A stretch of DNA of 64,000 nt. It comes from Centroscyllium fabricii (Eukaryota). The notes beneath the pieces are model-generated. The model saw only the letters and a program-made list of their open reading frames with translations, was not told where the DNA came from and did no database searches. Positions 63,483-64,000 of the stretch are shown here, one piece after another. A program made the translations under genes and the position numbers. The DNA is taken from contig JBNRSN020000007.1 in NCBI GenBank assembly GCA_051313645.2, positions 220,658,001 through 220,722,000 on the forward strand, given 5' to 3'. How positions within the stretch are numbered: the first letter of the stretch is position 1; each line of letters starts with the position of its first letter.

Positions 63483-64000
63483 GAGGATCAGAGGGACCTT
63501 GGTGTGCATGTACATAGACCCCTGAAGGCAGCAGGACAGGTGGATAAGGTGGTTAAAAAGGGATACTTGCCTTCATTAGCTGAGGCATAGAATATAAGAG
63601 CAGGGAGGTTATGATGGAGCTGTACAAAATGCTAGTTAGGCCACAGCTTGAATACTGTGTGCAGTTCTGGTTGCCACACGATAGGAAGGATGTGATTGCT
63701 TTGGAAAGGGTGCAGAGGAGATTCACCAAGATGTTACCTGGGCTGGAGCGCTTCGGGTATGAAGAAAGACTGGACAGGCTGGTGTTGCTTTCCTTGGAGC
63801 AGAGAAGGCTGAGGGGGGACCTGATTGAGGTGTACAAAATTATGAGGGGCATAGATAGGATAGATAGAAAGGAACTTTTTCCCTTAGTAGAGGGGTCAAT
63901 AACAAGGGACATAGTTTCAAAGTAAGGGGCAGGAGGTTTAGAGGGGATTTGAGGAGGAACTTTTTCACCCAGAGTGTGTTTGGAATCTTGGACTCACTGC

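Larger units (their letters stand above)
62305..64000 (+). mobile_element. CR1 LINE RT region interrupted by Penelope
   Basis: KFADDMKIGG at about 62348; resumes at 63483 and runs into ORF 63611-63925. Confidence 0.88.

Overview
Vertebrate genomic DNA, most likely an elasmobranch (shark/ray), judged from the repeat complement (HE1/V-SINE, DeuSINE, CR1, Rex1, Penelope). Two genes lie on the + strand. (1) SALL4 exons 2-4 are at 6491-9112, 19899-20209 and 21691-22116, with concordant splice phases; exon 1 is upstream of the window. (2) The 68-nt first coding exon of the P4-ATPase ATP9A is at 41771-41838 and is missing from the ORF track; the rest of the window is its intron 1. The remainder is mostly transposon-derived, often with readable TIRs/TSDs and several nested insertions. 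Most notable: minimal, dimer-dependent hammerhead ribozymes in two Penelope-like families, several in sense orientation within introns; Tigger-like MITEs filled with NRF1/YY1 or RFX-type motifs; Harbinger MITEs made of ~11-bp-phased motif arrays, one family with a third internal TIR; a 22-bp hairpin next to a cryptic donor in SALL4 intron 1; and a GC instead of GT at the SALL4B-type donor position. All family assignments come from recognition by eye, not database searches.
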